A stretch of 64,000 nucleotides of DNA from a bacterium. Its GTDB lineage: Bacteria; Desulfobacterota; DSWW01. Under the pieces are notes generated by a model. The model was not told the origin of the DNA. It did no database searches and saw nothing but the letters and a program-made list of their open reading frames with translations. Location: contig JBFLZG010000033.1 of NCBI GenBank assembly GCA_040756235.1, forward strand, positions 1 through 64,000, given 5' to 3'. How positions within the stretch are numbered: the first letter of the stretch is position 1; each line of letters opens with the position of its first letter. A program made the translations under genes and the position numbers. Below, in pieces: positions 39,593 through 49,844 of this stretch.

Positions 39593-41329
39593 TCAGGGTG
39601 GCGGCCGGCTCTTGCGGCGCGCCGTCTCCCGCGCCTCCTCGGCCGCATCTTCCCGGCCCAGCTCCTCCGAAACCACGGCCAGAGCGTGCCAGAGGCGGGG
39701 TCGCTCCGAGTTCTCCTGCAGAGCCCGCTGCAACACGGCGGCGGAACCCTCCAGGTCGCCCAGGCTCTTGCGCAGCTCGGCCAGGCGCACCCACAGGCGG
39801 TCCCGGTCGGCCGGGGAAGCCGACAGAGCCGTGGAAGACAGCTCCTGCAGAAGCAGGATCTCACGCCGGCTCCCTTCCATCCTCAGGTGGGCAGCGGTCA
39901 TGTCTCGCCCGGACTGGAACTCGCTGACCGGGTACGCTCGGCCGGCCATCCAGCCGCAAGCGGTCAGAAAGATGCAGGCGCCCGCCAGGCGCAGGCGCTT
40001 CTCGCGCATCGCCGTGATGCATGTAACGATCAGAAAAGCCGCAGAAGGCAGAAGGGCCAGTGTGAGCGGCAGGCGGTAGCGCCAGGTCACCAGCCCCAGC
40101 AGGAGGGCCGCGCCGTACGTTGCGAAAAAGAGGAGCAGAAGAAATGTCTTCCCTGGCCGGGCGAGAGACAGCACGAGGCCGGCAAGACCGAGGGGCAGCA
40201 GGAACCCGGAGCCCGGGAGCCCGGACAGGAAACGAGACCGGCTTCTCAGATACTGGTAGTTCTCGTTCTCAGGCACTTCATAGGGGCTCACGACCATCTG
40301 GGCCCTCTGCATGATGAGGTAGCCAAACTCCTTCGGCCGTGTTCGGATGAACTCGAGCCCCTTCCCTTTCCAGTAAGCCGAGACCTCGGAAGCGGTCAGG
40401 GGTCTGCCCAACTCCTCCTCCGCCACGCGCCTGGCATCGTGGAAGTGCCCGGCGGCGCTGCCCCTGACCCCGCGTGCGTGCTGGTACCCGCCCCAGGCCC
40501 TCTCGTTGTTCCCCAGGTAGAAGTGAATCCCTCCCGTACTGGTGGTCAGGACCGGTTCCCCGGTCACGAGCCAGTTGCGCAGGAAGAACGGCGCGATCAC
40601 GATCCATGAGCTCAGGAGAAACCCGACCGCCGGCAGGCCCCGGGAAGCCGGTACCGGTCGTGAGGGGCCCTGCCCTTCCGTCGGCCGGCTCGCGGCCCCC
40701 GGAAGGCAACTCCAGAGGAACAGGCCGATCACGAAGAGCGTCAGAAACCCGTTCAGGTTCCACGCCAGCCCTGCTGCCGCGCCGGCAGCCGCCCACCGCG
40801 ACAACCCGGCCGGCCTGCGGGAACCGGCGACGATCCACAGGCAGAGCGCGGTCAGGAACAGTCCGAGGGAGGTCTTCAGACCGCTCGTGTCGAACACGAC
40901 GAAGGGCCCGTAGAGGGCGGCGGCAAGGCCGGCCAAAAGGCCGGCCGAGGCAGACCGGAACAGCCGGCCCGTGCACAGGCAGACGAGCGCCACGGTCCCG
41001 GTCCCGAGGACCGTGTTCAGAAGGCGGGCCACCCAGGGGCTTTCGCCGAACAGGGCGTAGGAGAGGCCGAGCATGTAGGCGTAAAGGGGAGAGTAGTGAT
41101 AGACCTCGGTGCCGAGGGCCAGGTCCCCCGCGGCGACCCGCTGCGCAAGCTCGCCGTAGAGGGCAGCGTCGCCGCCCGCATAAGGGACGAAAAAGCTCGG
41201 GTAACGAGAGATCTCCTGAAGGTAGAGGAGACGGACCGCCAGAGCGACCCCGAGGATCGCGGTCAGAGAAAAGGCCTGGACCGCGCGCTTCCGGGACCGG
41301 TCCATTCCTGGGAGACTCTGAAACGCCAA
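39593..41329 (-). CDS. GT-C fold (GT39/PMT-like) membrane glycosyltransferase with C-terminal TPR
   Basis: D...Y...A early loop, PLYAY.L, many TM helices, PFFLRNW..G..FYLGNN, RYRLP, TPR-like tail. Confidence 0.78.
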   Translation of the reverse strand: MAFQSLPGMDRSRKRAVQAFSLTAILGVALAVRLLYLQEISRYPSFFVPYAGGDAALYGELAQRVAAGDLALGTEVYHYSPLYAYMLGLSYALFGESPWVARLLNTVLGTGTVALVCLCTGRLFRSASAGLLAGLAAALYGPFVVFDTSGLKTSLGLFLTALCLWIVAGSRRPAGLSRWAAAGAAAGLAWNLNGFLTLFVIGLFLWSCLPGAASRPTEGQGPSRPVPASRGLPAVGFLLSSWIVIAPFFLRNWLVTGEPVLTTSTGGIHFYLGNNERAWGGYQHARGVRGSAAGHFHDARRVAEEELGRPLTASEVSAYWKGKGLEFIRTRPKEFGYLIMQRAQMVVSPYEVPENENYQYLRSRSRFLSGLPGSGFLLPLGLAGLVLSLARPGKTFLLLLFFATYGAALLLGLVTWRYRLPLTLALLPSAAFLIVTCITAMREKRLRLAGACIFLTACGWMAGRAYPVSEFQSGRDMTAAHLRMEGSRREILLLQELSSTALSASPADRDRLWVRLAELRKSLGDLEGSAAVLQRALQENSERPRLWHALAVVSEELGREDAAEEARETARRKSRPPP

Positions 41330-41458
41330 AGGCGGCTCCCGCGCGGCTACGAACGCATGGAAATCCTCCCCCCCGAAGCTCCGCGAACCACCCGGCGCCC
41401 CGGAGGGAAGGATCCCGTCAACGAATGCAAACGCATTTGGTGGTGAGACGAATGGTCA

Positions 41459-41557
41459 CCCCTCACCTTGATCCTCTCCCCTCGGCGAGGGGAGAGGAAA
41501 GAGCCGACCAGGCTTTACCCTCCCCCCCTTAGGGGGGAGAGGGCCAGGGTGAGGGGG
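41459..41557. repeat. CCCTCACC/CCCTCTCCC..GGGAGAGGG palindromic repeat cluster
   Basis: Paired hairpins; a related cluster lies at 63558-63655. Confidence 0.7.
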
Positions 41558-41592
41558 CCGCAACGAGTGTAACATGTGCTCATGCGCTGGTA

Positions 41593-44500
41593 TTAGAACA
41601 TGGTCACGGTGCGGCTGATCTCGTTGTTGGATTCGTTACTCTCCTCCACCGCGTCGGAGGCGTCCAGGACCGCCAGCAGCGAGCCGCCCAGGGGGTTGAA
41701 GGGGAGGAACTGCGCGAAGAAGACGGTCTTGCGCTTTCCGTCCCGGAGCTTGCTGACACTCGTCCGGCCCAGGTACTGGTGGGGCCCGCCATCCTTGGGA
41801 ACGTAGTAGAACTTGACCTTGAAGCTCCCGGCATCCGCATCGCCGATGTTCCAGATGTCCAGCGTGTCCGCGACGAAGTACCAATTCTTCGACAGACGCA
41901 ACACCACCATCCACTCGCCCCACTCCCCGGTGAGATCGGCCATCTCGGCGCCGCAGTCGGCATCCTCCCGGTCGACGGCGCCGTCGCAGTCGTTGTCGAT
42001 CCCGTCCGCGCAGATCTCTTCAGCACCCGGGTTCACCTCAGGGTCGCCGTCGTCGCAGTCCCCGCCGCACGTGGTGGTACCGTCCCCGTCGAAATCGGAC
42101 CCCTCGTCCGCCTCGCCGTCGCAGTCATCATCCAGGCCGTTGCAGACCTCCTCTACGCCGGGGTTGACGGTCTCGTCCTGGTCGTCACAGTCGGTGCCGT
42201 CCGCCACGTAGTCCGGAGGCGCCTCGCAGGTTTCCACACCGGAGGCCGGGTCTCCGTACCCGTCCCCGTCCAGGTCGAAGTAGAAGGTTTCGAGCACGCC
42301 GTTGTCCGCCGTGCCGTCACAATCGTTGTCCCGGCCGTCGCACGCCTCCGAGACCGGAGCACCCGGCAGGCAGGTGTCCGCCCACTGGCCGGCCACGCAC
42401 ACAAGCTCGCCCGAAGACGTGCACTCCCCCACCCCGCAGGTCGTGGGCACGGTCCCGAGATCCTCGTCCGCGGAGCCGTCGCAATCATTGTCCAGGCCGT
42501 CACACGCCTCGTCCGCAGAAGCACCTGGCACGCAGCTGTCCGACCACGCGCCGCCCGTACAGGTCCGCACGCCGGAGGACGCACACTCGCCGAGCCCGCA
42601 AGTCGTCGGTTCGCTCCCCAGGTCCTCGTCGAGAGCGCCGTCACAGTCGTTGTCCAGACCGTCGCACGTCTCGGCGCCCGGTTGGCCCGGCACACACGTG
42701 TCGGTCCACTGGCCGCCCACGCACATCCTTTCACCCGCTGCCTGGCATGCGCCGGTCCCACAGGCTGTGGGCACGGTCCCGAGGTCCTCGTCGAGAGCGC
42801 CGTCGCAATCGTTGTCCAGGCCGTCGCACGCTTCGTCGGTCGGGTCGCCCGGCTCGCACGTGTCGACGAGCTCCCCGCCCACACAAGTGCTCTGCCCGGT
42901 CGCTGCGCACACCCCTTGGCCGCAGGTCGTCTGGGTGGCGACGAAGCTCTCATCCGCCGTCCCGTTGCAGTTCTGGTCGATGCCGTCGCAGTCCGCGTCC
43001 GCCCCGGTCGGGTCCCCGGGCGTGCAGGTGCCGGGCACGCCTGCCACGCACGCCGCCACCGTCCGCTCGCACGCGCCCACGCCGCAGGTGAGCGTGCCGA
43101 GCTCTTCGTCTGCCTGCCCGTCGCAGTCGTTGTCAACGAGATCACACGCTTCCGCGGCCGGGTCGCCGGGTGTGCAAACCCCGGGCACGCCGGCCACGCA
43201 CGCTTCCACCGTCCGCTCGCACGCACCGACACCGCAGGTGAGCGTGCCGAGCTCTTCGTCTGCCTGCCCGTCGCAGTCGTTGTCAACGAGATCACACGCT
43301 TCCGCGGCCGGGTCGCCGGGTGTGCAAACCCCGGGCACGCCGGCCACGCACGCTTCCGCCGTCCGCTCGCATGCGCCGACACCGCAGGTGAGCGTCCCGA
43401 AGCCTTCGTCCGTCTCGCCGTCGCAGTCGTTGTCGGCGCCGTCGCAGACTTCATCGGACGGCTCACACTGGTCGCAGCCGTCCGGAATGCCGTCGCCGTC
43501 CTGGTCAAGGCCGTCGTCGTGCCCGGGGCAGAGGTCGCACGCGTCCCCGACGCCGTCGCCATCCTCGTCGGCCTGGTCCGGGTTCTCTGCTGCCGGGCAG
43601 TTGTCCTCGTCGTCGGCTACGCAGTCGGAATCCCCGTCCGGCAGCATCACCGTGGTGAACGTGTCCGCCACGATCTGCCCGCCTCCGTCCTGCGGCGGAG
43701 CTTCCTCGAGCCCCGAACGGTCGCGCGCGATGGTGAAGAAGTGATAGGTCCCGCAGGTCTCGCCCGTGAACTCGGCAGATGTGGCCGGCGTGCTCCAGAT
43801 CCAGGGCGTGAAGCTGACCCCGCCGTCCCGGGACACGAAAACTGAATAGGTCTCGATGCCCGAGCCCGGATCCGAACCGCTCCAGGTGACGGTGAAGCGC
43901 CTGCTGTTCTGCTCGCCGGCGAGCGGAGCGGCCTGGCTCTCGGGCGCGTTGTTGTCCAGAATGTTCGTCCAGACGTTGGTCGCCATGGGATCATTGGTGT
44001 CAAAAACGATGCTGGCCCCGTTGGAGATGACCGTGCCGTCGGCCAGGCCCTCGTTCATGTTCACCCGCAGGGAGGCGTTTCCCCCTGCGCCCGGCGGAAG
44101 GAACCCCTCCACGGAAGCAGGGTCGAGCAGATTCATGCAGGCAAAAGTACCGCACTGCGCGGGGTCGCAGTACTCGTTGCAGGAGCCGGCATCCAGGCTC
44201 TCGAACAGCCACATGACCTGGCGAGAGAAATGGTCTACCTCCGCCGTCACGCGAACGACGATCGGCTCCTCGGGTCTCAGGTCGATGTAGCCCTGCCAGT
44301 AGCCGAAGATCCCCGGGGGCGGAACCACTGCCCTGTCCCCCACCATGACCGGACCGAACTGGATCGAATCCAGGTTCAGGCTCTCCGAGATGGGGTCCGT
44401 CACCACGACGGTCTGCGCATCGGCACCGGCACCTGCCAAGTTTTCGAAGAAGACGGTGTAGAGAAGCGGCTTGGGGCTCTGCTTGATGTAATGGCCGACC

Positions 44501-45306
44501 CCCACTCCCTGCGGGCCCACCTTCTGGTTGGGATCCACCGCCGCGCTCACATCGGTTTCCCTCTCGGTCTTCTTGGCCTCCGGGATCCCGGTGGCCGCAT
44601 ACAGGCCGGCCTCTCCGTAGACCCCCTCCGGATTTCCAGGCAGCTGCTCCCATTCCCCGTCCACCTTCACGCTGTTTACGTAGGAGCCCTGGTTGCGTTC
44701 TGCTTCGCTGCCGGCAAGGAAGAAATCTTTCTCCCCGAACATCGCGGCCAGGGGGCACTCTATGTTTTGCTCGGGCCCGATAGCGAAATGAAACGATGGT
44801 TCCATCTGTCCGGTGCGGTCGTTGTAGTTCCACTCGTACTCCATTTCGGCCACCTGAACATAACCCAGATAGTCATCCACCATGATGTGGCGGTATTCGC
44901 CGGAGCCGTCCGCAAGGGGGACCGAGTACACGATCGTCGTATGGCCGAGAGGCGGCACGATCTCCGACGAGATCGTCTGGATGACGGTCCCATCCGGGAC
45001 CACATTGGAGACGTACTGGTCGACCACGACCAAATGGTTGCCCCAGTCGGAGGCCGCCCCCGCACACGCATAGTTCTCGTCTCCGACGCCGGGATAAATC
45101 CGGTACGGAAAGAAGTCCTCGACGAATCGGGTGCCGTTCCACCAGACATCCCGGGCATGCTCGATGACGGTCTGTACGTTCGGGTCTGCATAGATGTCCT
45201 CCTGGGCATCGACTGCAGCGGGAGTCATCAGGCCACCCCACATGGCGGTCACGATATACAGGAAACCGATGAGCCAATTCGTTTTCTTCCTCTGTGTCGC
45301 GATCAT
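41593..45306 (-). CDS. Large secreted acidic Cys-rich protein (DPN.K.GP domain, Fn3-like, TSP3 repeats, MopE-like CDG.DNDCDG repeats, C-terminal CARDB)
   Basis: Signal peptide; DPNQKVGP..Y.V.FEN; DNCP..NPDQAD.DGDGVGDAC; about ten E.C[D/N]G.DNDCDG..DE-type units; VEESNESNN. Confidence 0.85.
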   Translation of the reverse strand: MIATQRKKTNWLIGFLYIVTAMWGGLMTPAAVDAQEDIYADPNVQTVIEHARDVWWNGTRFVEDFFPYRIYPGVGDENYACAGAASDWGNHLVVVDQYVSNVVPDGTVIQTISSEIVPPLGHTTIVYSVPLADGSGEYRHIMVDDYLGYVQVAEMEYEWNYNDRTGQMEPSFHFAIGPEQNIECPLAAMFGEKDFFLAGSEAERNQGSYVNSVKVDGEWEQLPGNPEGVYGEAGLYAATGIPEAKKTERETDVSAAVDPNQKVGPQGVGVGHYIKQSPKPLLYTVFFENLAGAGADAQTVVVTDPISESLNLDSIQFGPVMVGDRAVVPPPGIFGYWQGYIDLRPEEPIVVRVTAEVDHFSRQVMWLFESLDAGSCNEYCDPAQCGTFACMNLLDPASVEGFLPPGAGGNASLRVNMNEGLADGTVISNGASIVFDTNDPMATNVWTNILDNNAPESQAAPLAGEQNSRRFTVTWSGSDPGSGIETYSVFVSRDGGVSFTPWIWSTPATSAEFTGETCGTYHFFTIARDRSGLEEAPPQDGGGQIVADTFTTVMLPDGDSDCVADDEDNCPAAENPDQADEDGDGVGDACDLCPGHDDGLDQDGDGIPDGCDQCEPSDEVCDGADNDCDGETDEGFGTLTCGVGACERTAEACVAGVPGVCTPGDPAAEACDLVDNDCDGQADEELGTLTCGVGACERTVEACVAGVPGVCTPGDPAAEACDLVDNDCDGQADEELGTLTCGVGACERTVAACVAGVPGTCTPGDPTGADADCDGIDQNCNGTADESFVATQTTCGQGVCAATGQSTCVGGELVDTCEPGDPTDEACDGLDNDCDGALDEDLGTVPTACGTGACQAAGERMCVGGQWTDTCVPGQPGAETCDGLDNDCDGALDEDLGSEPTTCGLGECASSGVRTCTGGAWSDSCVPGASADEACDGLDNDCDGSADEDLGTVPTTCGVGECTSSGELVCVAGQWADTCLPGAPVSEACDGRDNDCDGTADNGVLETFYFDLDGDGYGDPASGVETCEAPPDYVADGTDCDDQDETVNPGVEEVCNGLDDDCDGEADEGSDFDGDGTTTCGGDCDDGDPEVNPGAEEICADGIDNDCDGAVDREDADCGAEMADLTGEWGEWMVVLRLSKNWYFVADTLDIWNIGDADAGSFKVKFYYVPKDGGPHQYLGRTSVSKLRDGKRKTVFFAQFLPFNPLGGSLLAVLDASDAVEESNESNNEISRTVTMF
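43082..43400. repeat. 150-bp intragenic tandem repeat (50-aa unit)
   Basis: CCGCAGGTGAGCGT recurs at 43082, 43232 and 43382; the two full units are almost identical. Confidence 0.9.
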
Positions 45307-45327
45307 GCTGCCCCCCCTTTCCGCTCA

Positions 45328-46164
45328 TTACCAGATGGGCTGGGAGTCGGAAGCCGACGACCCGCTCCACCATGCGCGAAACACATCCTTGCTCTGGGCA
45401 CCGCCCCACTGCAGGTCGATGCGCAGCATCTTGGCTGCGCCCGGCGCAATGTCCCGGACGTAGAGCGGGATCACGGTGTAGGTGGACCCGCCAAAGGAAA
45501 CGTTCGCGTACTCCGTGGGCGGGGTGTTCAGGGGAGGCGGCAGGTTCGGGTTGACCGGGAGCGCGTACTGGGCTCGGTCGAACCCCAAGGCATAGGAGGC
45601 CACGCTGGCGGGTATGGCCACAAACAGGATGGCGGCATCCATGTCGACGTTCCCCTGGTTCCCGTACCACACGAAATGGGAAGTCATGGAGTCGACACGG
45701 ACCGCTGTCTGGCCGATGATCTCCACCCAGAGGTCCGCCTTGCGGACCGGCTCGACCGTGAGCAAACCGAACCCGTAGGCGATCGGGCCGCTGCCGCATT
45801 CCATGCCCTCGATCTCGGGGACGACCTCGATGTCGTAGCTTACGTGCAGCGCACCGGTCATATCGAACCTCACCACCAACTCGTCCAGCGGGTCCCCGCC
45901 GCTGCTGGTGTAGATCCCGACGTTCCGTTCCAGCACGGTCCCGGATATGTCCTCCTCCTGGTAGGGGAAGCGGAGCGTCACGCGGCAGGTATCCCCCGGG
46001 AACGCACCCACCATGTGCAGCGTCGCCGGCCCCGTGTTCCCGACGGTGCTGGGGTACACGTGGTCGATCCAGAAGCCGTACGGGTCGACGATGGCCGCCT
46101 GCGCGGGTCCAGCTGCGCAAGCGAGCAGAGTCAGTGTCAGAAGGATCAGCGAACTCTTTCTCAC
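45328..46164 (-). CDS. Secreted beta-rich (Ig/IPT-like) protein
   Basis: Signal peptide ending AQA; GGAGG RBS; motifs P...GNTGP.T, FDMTG..YDI.V, LWVEIIG, YGNQGNVD. Confidence 0.75.
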   Translation of the reverse strand: MRKSSLILLTLTLLACAAGPAQAAIVDPYGFWIDHVYPSTVGNTGPATLHMVGAFPGDTCRVTLRFPYQEEDISGTVLERNVGIYTSSGGDPLDELVVRFDMTGALHVSYDIEVVPEIEGMECGSGPIAYGFGLLTVEPVRKADLWVEIIGQTAVRVDSMTSHFVWYGNQGNVDMDAAILFVAIPASVASYALGFDRAQYALPVNPNLPPPLNTPPTEYANVSFGGSTYTVIPLYVRDIAPGAAKMLRIDLQWGGAQSKDVFRAWWSGSSASDSQPIW

Positions 46165-46761
46165 TGCAAACCCTCCTTTCGTCCCTCTGTTGCGTGCATC
46201 GACGGCTGCCGCGGGACCGGGCTCCCCCCGATCGGGAAAACCGTTGAAGGCTTCCGCTTTTGGCGAACCGTCTGGTTGGAAAAGAATCGACTGTTGATCT
46301 TGGCGTGCCGGGCGGGAACCCCGGTCGTGGCAGGGGCAACCCTTTTCATCTCGGAAGCTCGCTCCACGGTGCCGGGCGCCCTCATAAAGGCTTCAGGAAT
46401 TATTCTTTGTAATAAAACGATTCACTAAAACTAGTGCGATGATTTTATTTTGCATAGATTCAAGCCTATGTCAAGCATGACTTTCTGCCCGCCCCTTCGA
46501 TCCGGCGGCTTGCTCCTTCCGACGGTGCGTCCCTATCCCCCGAACCGGACACATCCTGTAACGTCTGCGTTTCCCTCGACATCCAAGCAGTGGCCGCGTC
46601 TCTGCCGGCATGCCTGAGAGCCAGGCAGCGCGGTCATCATGATCGAACCCCGGGAGAGTCTTGATGAGGAATGAGGCCCACGCACGGTACGCCGCAAGGA
46701 CGAGGGACAAGCCGAACGCACACCCGATGAGGGTGGCGCAAAGGACACCCTGTGAGGAGAA

Positions 46762-47487
46762 ATGAGTATAGCGCCGGACGTTACGAACAATGCCTTGGTC
46801 AGACTGGACCATGTTTCAAAGAGCTATCGAAATGCAGAAGTTGTCACCGACGTTTTAAGGGACGTGGACCTTGTCATCCAGAAGAATGAGGTTCTCATCG
46901 TTCTAGGTGTGTCCGGCTGCGGCAAGACGACGCTGCTCAACCTGATCGGCGCGCTGGACAAGCCCTCGTCCGGGAACATCCTCGTCGACGGGGAACCCAT
47001 GTCGGCGATGAACCAGCGCTCCCGTACCGAGTTTCGTCGCCGGAAAGTCGGATTCATCTTCCAGTTCTACAACTTGCTCCCCACGCTGTCCGCCATCGAG
47101 AACATCGAAGCCGCGCTGGAAATTCTACCGCTGCCCTCACGCGAGATTCGTGCGCGCGCCGACCGCTATCTCGAAGCGGTCGGATTGGCTGACAAAGCCA
47201 ACAAATTCCCGGGCCAGCTCTCCGCCGGTGAGCAACAGCGGGTGGCGATCGCGCGCGCATTGGCCAAGGAGCCGGCCATCATTCTCGCCGATGAGCCGAC
47301 CGGCAATCTCGACGAAGAAACCGGGCTCGGCGTGATGCAGCCCATGACGAATCTACAGCGAGCCAACAAGGCGATCCTGGTCATGGCGACACACAATCCA
47401 CGGATGACCGCTTTTGCCGATCGGGTGATACGCATCGATCACGGGCGCGTCGTCGAGATTCCTCGGGTGGTAACGCGTTGTCCATGA
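46762..47487 (+). CDS. ABC transporter ATP-binding protein (LolD/MacB-like)
   Basis: [42 protein letters not shown]. Confidence 0.93.
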   Translation: MSIAPDVTNNALVRLDHVSKSYRNAEVVTDVLRDVDLVIQKNEVLIVLGVSGCGKTTLLNLIGALDKPSSGNILVDGEPMSAMNQRSRTEFRRRKVGFIFQFYNLLPTLSAIENIEAALEILPLPSREIRARADRYLEAVGLADKANKFPGQLSAGEQQRVAIARALAKEPAIILADEPTGNLDEETGLGVMQPMTNLQRANKAILVMATHNPRMTAFADRVIRIDHGRVVEIPRVVTRCP

Positions 47488-49838
47488 AAAAACTGCGGGT
47501 GAAAATGAGGCGCGACCTGTGGCGCATGCGCTGGCGCGCACTGGCCATCGTTCTGACACTCGCGAGTGGCGTGGCGACCTATGTGGGGACATACACGGGC
47601 GTCCTGAGCATCTTCCGGACGCGGGACACGGTCTACCGGCAGCTGCATTTTGCCGATCTGGAAGTGCGCTTCTCCCCGCAGGACGTGAATCGCCTGCCTG
47701 ACCTGGCGCGGCTGAAAGGAGTGCAGAAACTCGAACGGAGGCTGCTCTTCCCCGGAATCATCAAGCGGCCCGGCCATCCGTCGCTCATGGCCGTGATTAC
47801 GCTGCTGGAGACGCCGACCCCCGACATCCACGCGCTCCAGTTCGTCGAGGGTCGTCCGTTCCGTTCCGATGAGCCGGACGCCGTTGTCATCGAACGCACG
47901 CTGGCCGAATATCACGGCTATGGCGTCGGTGACACCATCGCGGTGAAGGTTGGCGAGACAACCTATGACGGCCGTATCGTGGGTATCGTGATCAGCCCTG
48001 AGTACTTTGTGTCCACTTCCAATCCGGACTACTTCATTCCGGAAAAAGGGAGCCTGGGCGTCGTCTTCGGGAATCTCGAGCGCGTGAGCGATTCTCTGGG
48101 TTACCGGATGGTGAACGACCTGCTCTTTCGCTTTGCGCCAGGCGTGGATCCCGCCGCTCTGAGCCACGACATTTCGAGTCAACTGAGCACACTCGGTATC
48201 GAACAGGTGATTCCGCAGAAGCGCCACTTCAGCTACGAATACATCCAGACGCAGATCGATGCGATTCAATTCTTCATTCCGGCAATTGTGATCATCGTGC
48301 TGGGTCTGGCATCGATCATCACGCTCATCAATTTCCATCGGATGATGGCCACTGAACGGCGCGAGCTCGGCACGCTCATGGCGCTGGGATATGACCCCCG
48401 GGTGCTCCTCCGAGCGTATCTGGAGGGCAGTATGGTTCTGGGAGCGATCGGCAGCCTCCTCGGCCTGGCGCTCTCATTTCCCATCAGAGACATATTCGCC
48501 TACGTATGCGCCGAGTCCATGGGGATGCGTCTGATCTGGCTCACCACGGATTTCGTGACCATGGCCAAGGGTGTCACCGTCGGGCTGCTCCTAGCCGTTG
48601 GTTCGGCGGCGATCCCGGTTCTCCAACTTCTTCGACTGTCGCCCCAACAAGTCATCCGAGAATCGAGAAGACCCGTGGAGAGCAGGGAACGATCATGGAG
48701 CCTTCTCTCACAAAGGATCTTCAGACTTCCCGCATCCTATCTCTACGGGCTCCGAAATCTTCTGCGCCGACGAGGGCGGACAGTCGCAACGCTCGGTTCC
48801 ATCGGCCTGGCCTTGGGTGTGGCGACCGCCTACAGGATGAGTACGGCTTCCATCAATGAGACCCTCCGGAGGAGATACGAAGGCGATCCCTGGCAGCTTT
48901 CGGTTGATTTCCTGTCTCCGGTTTTTCAGGACCGTTTCGTAGAACTGAAGAGAATCCCTCATGTGAAGCAGATCGAACCTTACTTTCGTAACTACGTCGC
49001 GCTCGAGAAGGACGGTCGATTTGAGAATTCCACATTGCTGGGCATCCGCGCAGACTCCCGCATGACCCGCCCTCCCCTGGCAAGCGGACGCGCGCCTGCA
49101 TCGGACGACCACCGGGAGATCGTCCTCAGCTCGGGGTTGGCCAGGAAGATTGGAGCTGAGATCGGGGATTGGGTGAACGTTCACGCGCTGAACCGATCCC
49201 ATCCCTTTCGCCTCGTGGGACTGTCGTCAGAGGTCGTCGCCAGTCTGTCTATCGTTCCCTTCCGTGCCGCGCAGGAGATCTGCCAATCTCCTGACAAGGC
49301 CTCCGGCATCTTCCTGCAAGCGGATGCGCCTTTCACCCAGCTCCGGGAGGAGCTCTACCGGAGGGATTTCGTCGGCTCGGTGGTGGAGAAAGGCGAGTTG
49401 CTGGATCAAATCCGGGGGGTCACATCCGTGATGTTCGTCGTGCTTGATATCGCTGCCGGAATCAACATTTTCGTGGCCGTGTTGTTTATTTTGACCAGCA
49501 TCCACCTGTCGGTCCTGGAAACCGAGGGCGAGTTCGCCACGCTCAAAGCGATCGGTTACGGCCGAGGTTCGACCACGCGGATCCTCTTGGCCGAGACGGC
49601 AGCCTATGCAGTCGGAGCGGCACTGCTGAGCCTTCCGGTGGCTGCGCTCCTCAGCGTTTATCTGAACCACCGCATGGGTCAAGCATGGTTTCGAGTGGAC
49701 ACGTTCTTCTTCCCGGCGGAATTCATGAAAGTACTGATCCCGGCCTTCGTGCTCATCCTGTCGGGAGCGTATCCCGGGTTGCGTCACATTTTCCACCTGG
49801 ACATCTCCACCGCGATCCGCGCCAGGGTCATCGATTAG
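47484..49838 (+). CDS. ABC transporter permease (double FtsX/MacB-type)
   Basis: Two repeats with RRELGTLMALGY and EFATLKAIGY; ATGA overlap with the ATPase. Confidence 0.88.
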   Translation: MKKLRVKMRRDLWRMRWRALAIVLTLASGVATYVGTYTGVLSIFRTRDTVYRQLHFADLEVRFSPQDVNRLPDLARLKGVQKLERRLLFPGIIKRPGHPSLMAVITLLETPTPDIHALQFVEGRPFRSDEPDAVVIERTLAEYHGYGVGDTIAVKVGETTYDGRIVGIVISPEYFVSTSNPDYFIPEKGSLGVVFGNLERVSDSLGYRMVNDLLFRFAPGVDPAALSHDISSQLSTLGIEQVIPQKRHFSYEYIQTQIDAIQFFIPAIVIIVLGLASIITLINFHRMMATERRELGTLMALGYDPRVLLRAYLEGSMVLGAIGSLLGLALSFPIRDIFAYVCAESMGMRLIWLTTDFVTMAKGVTVGLLLAVGSAAIPVLQLLRLSPQQVIRESRRPVESRERSWSLLSQRIFRLPASYLYGLRNLLRRRGRTVATLGSIGLALGVATAYRMSTASINETLRRRYEGDPWQLSVDFLSPVFQDRFVELKRIPHVKQIEPYFRNYVALEKDGRFENSTLLGIRADSRMTRPPLASGRAPASDDHREIVLSSGLARKIGAEIGDWVNVHALNRSHPFRLVGLSSEVVASLSIVPFRAAQEICQSPDKASGIFLQADAPFTQLREELYRRDFVGSVVEKGELLDQIRGVTSVMFVVLDIAAGINIFVAVLFILTSIHLSVLETEGEFATLKAIGYGRGSTTRILLAETAAYAVGAALLSLPVAALLSVYLNHRMGQAWFRVDTFFFPAEFMKVLIPAFVLILSGAYPGLRHIFHLDISTAIRARVID

Positions 49839-49844
49839 ACATCG

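Noticed and set aside
41950..43460. Periodic DNA repeats as a possible CRISPR array
   Set aside because: They are in-frame coding repeats of a Cys-rich protein, with no repeat-spacer structure and no cas genes.
46715..46750. CACCC-GATGA-GGGTG-GCGCAAAG, resembling part of a cyclic-dinucleotide riboswitch
   Set aside because: It lacks the GAAA loop, and there is no room for the second stem before the RBS/start.
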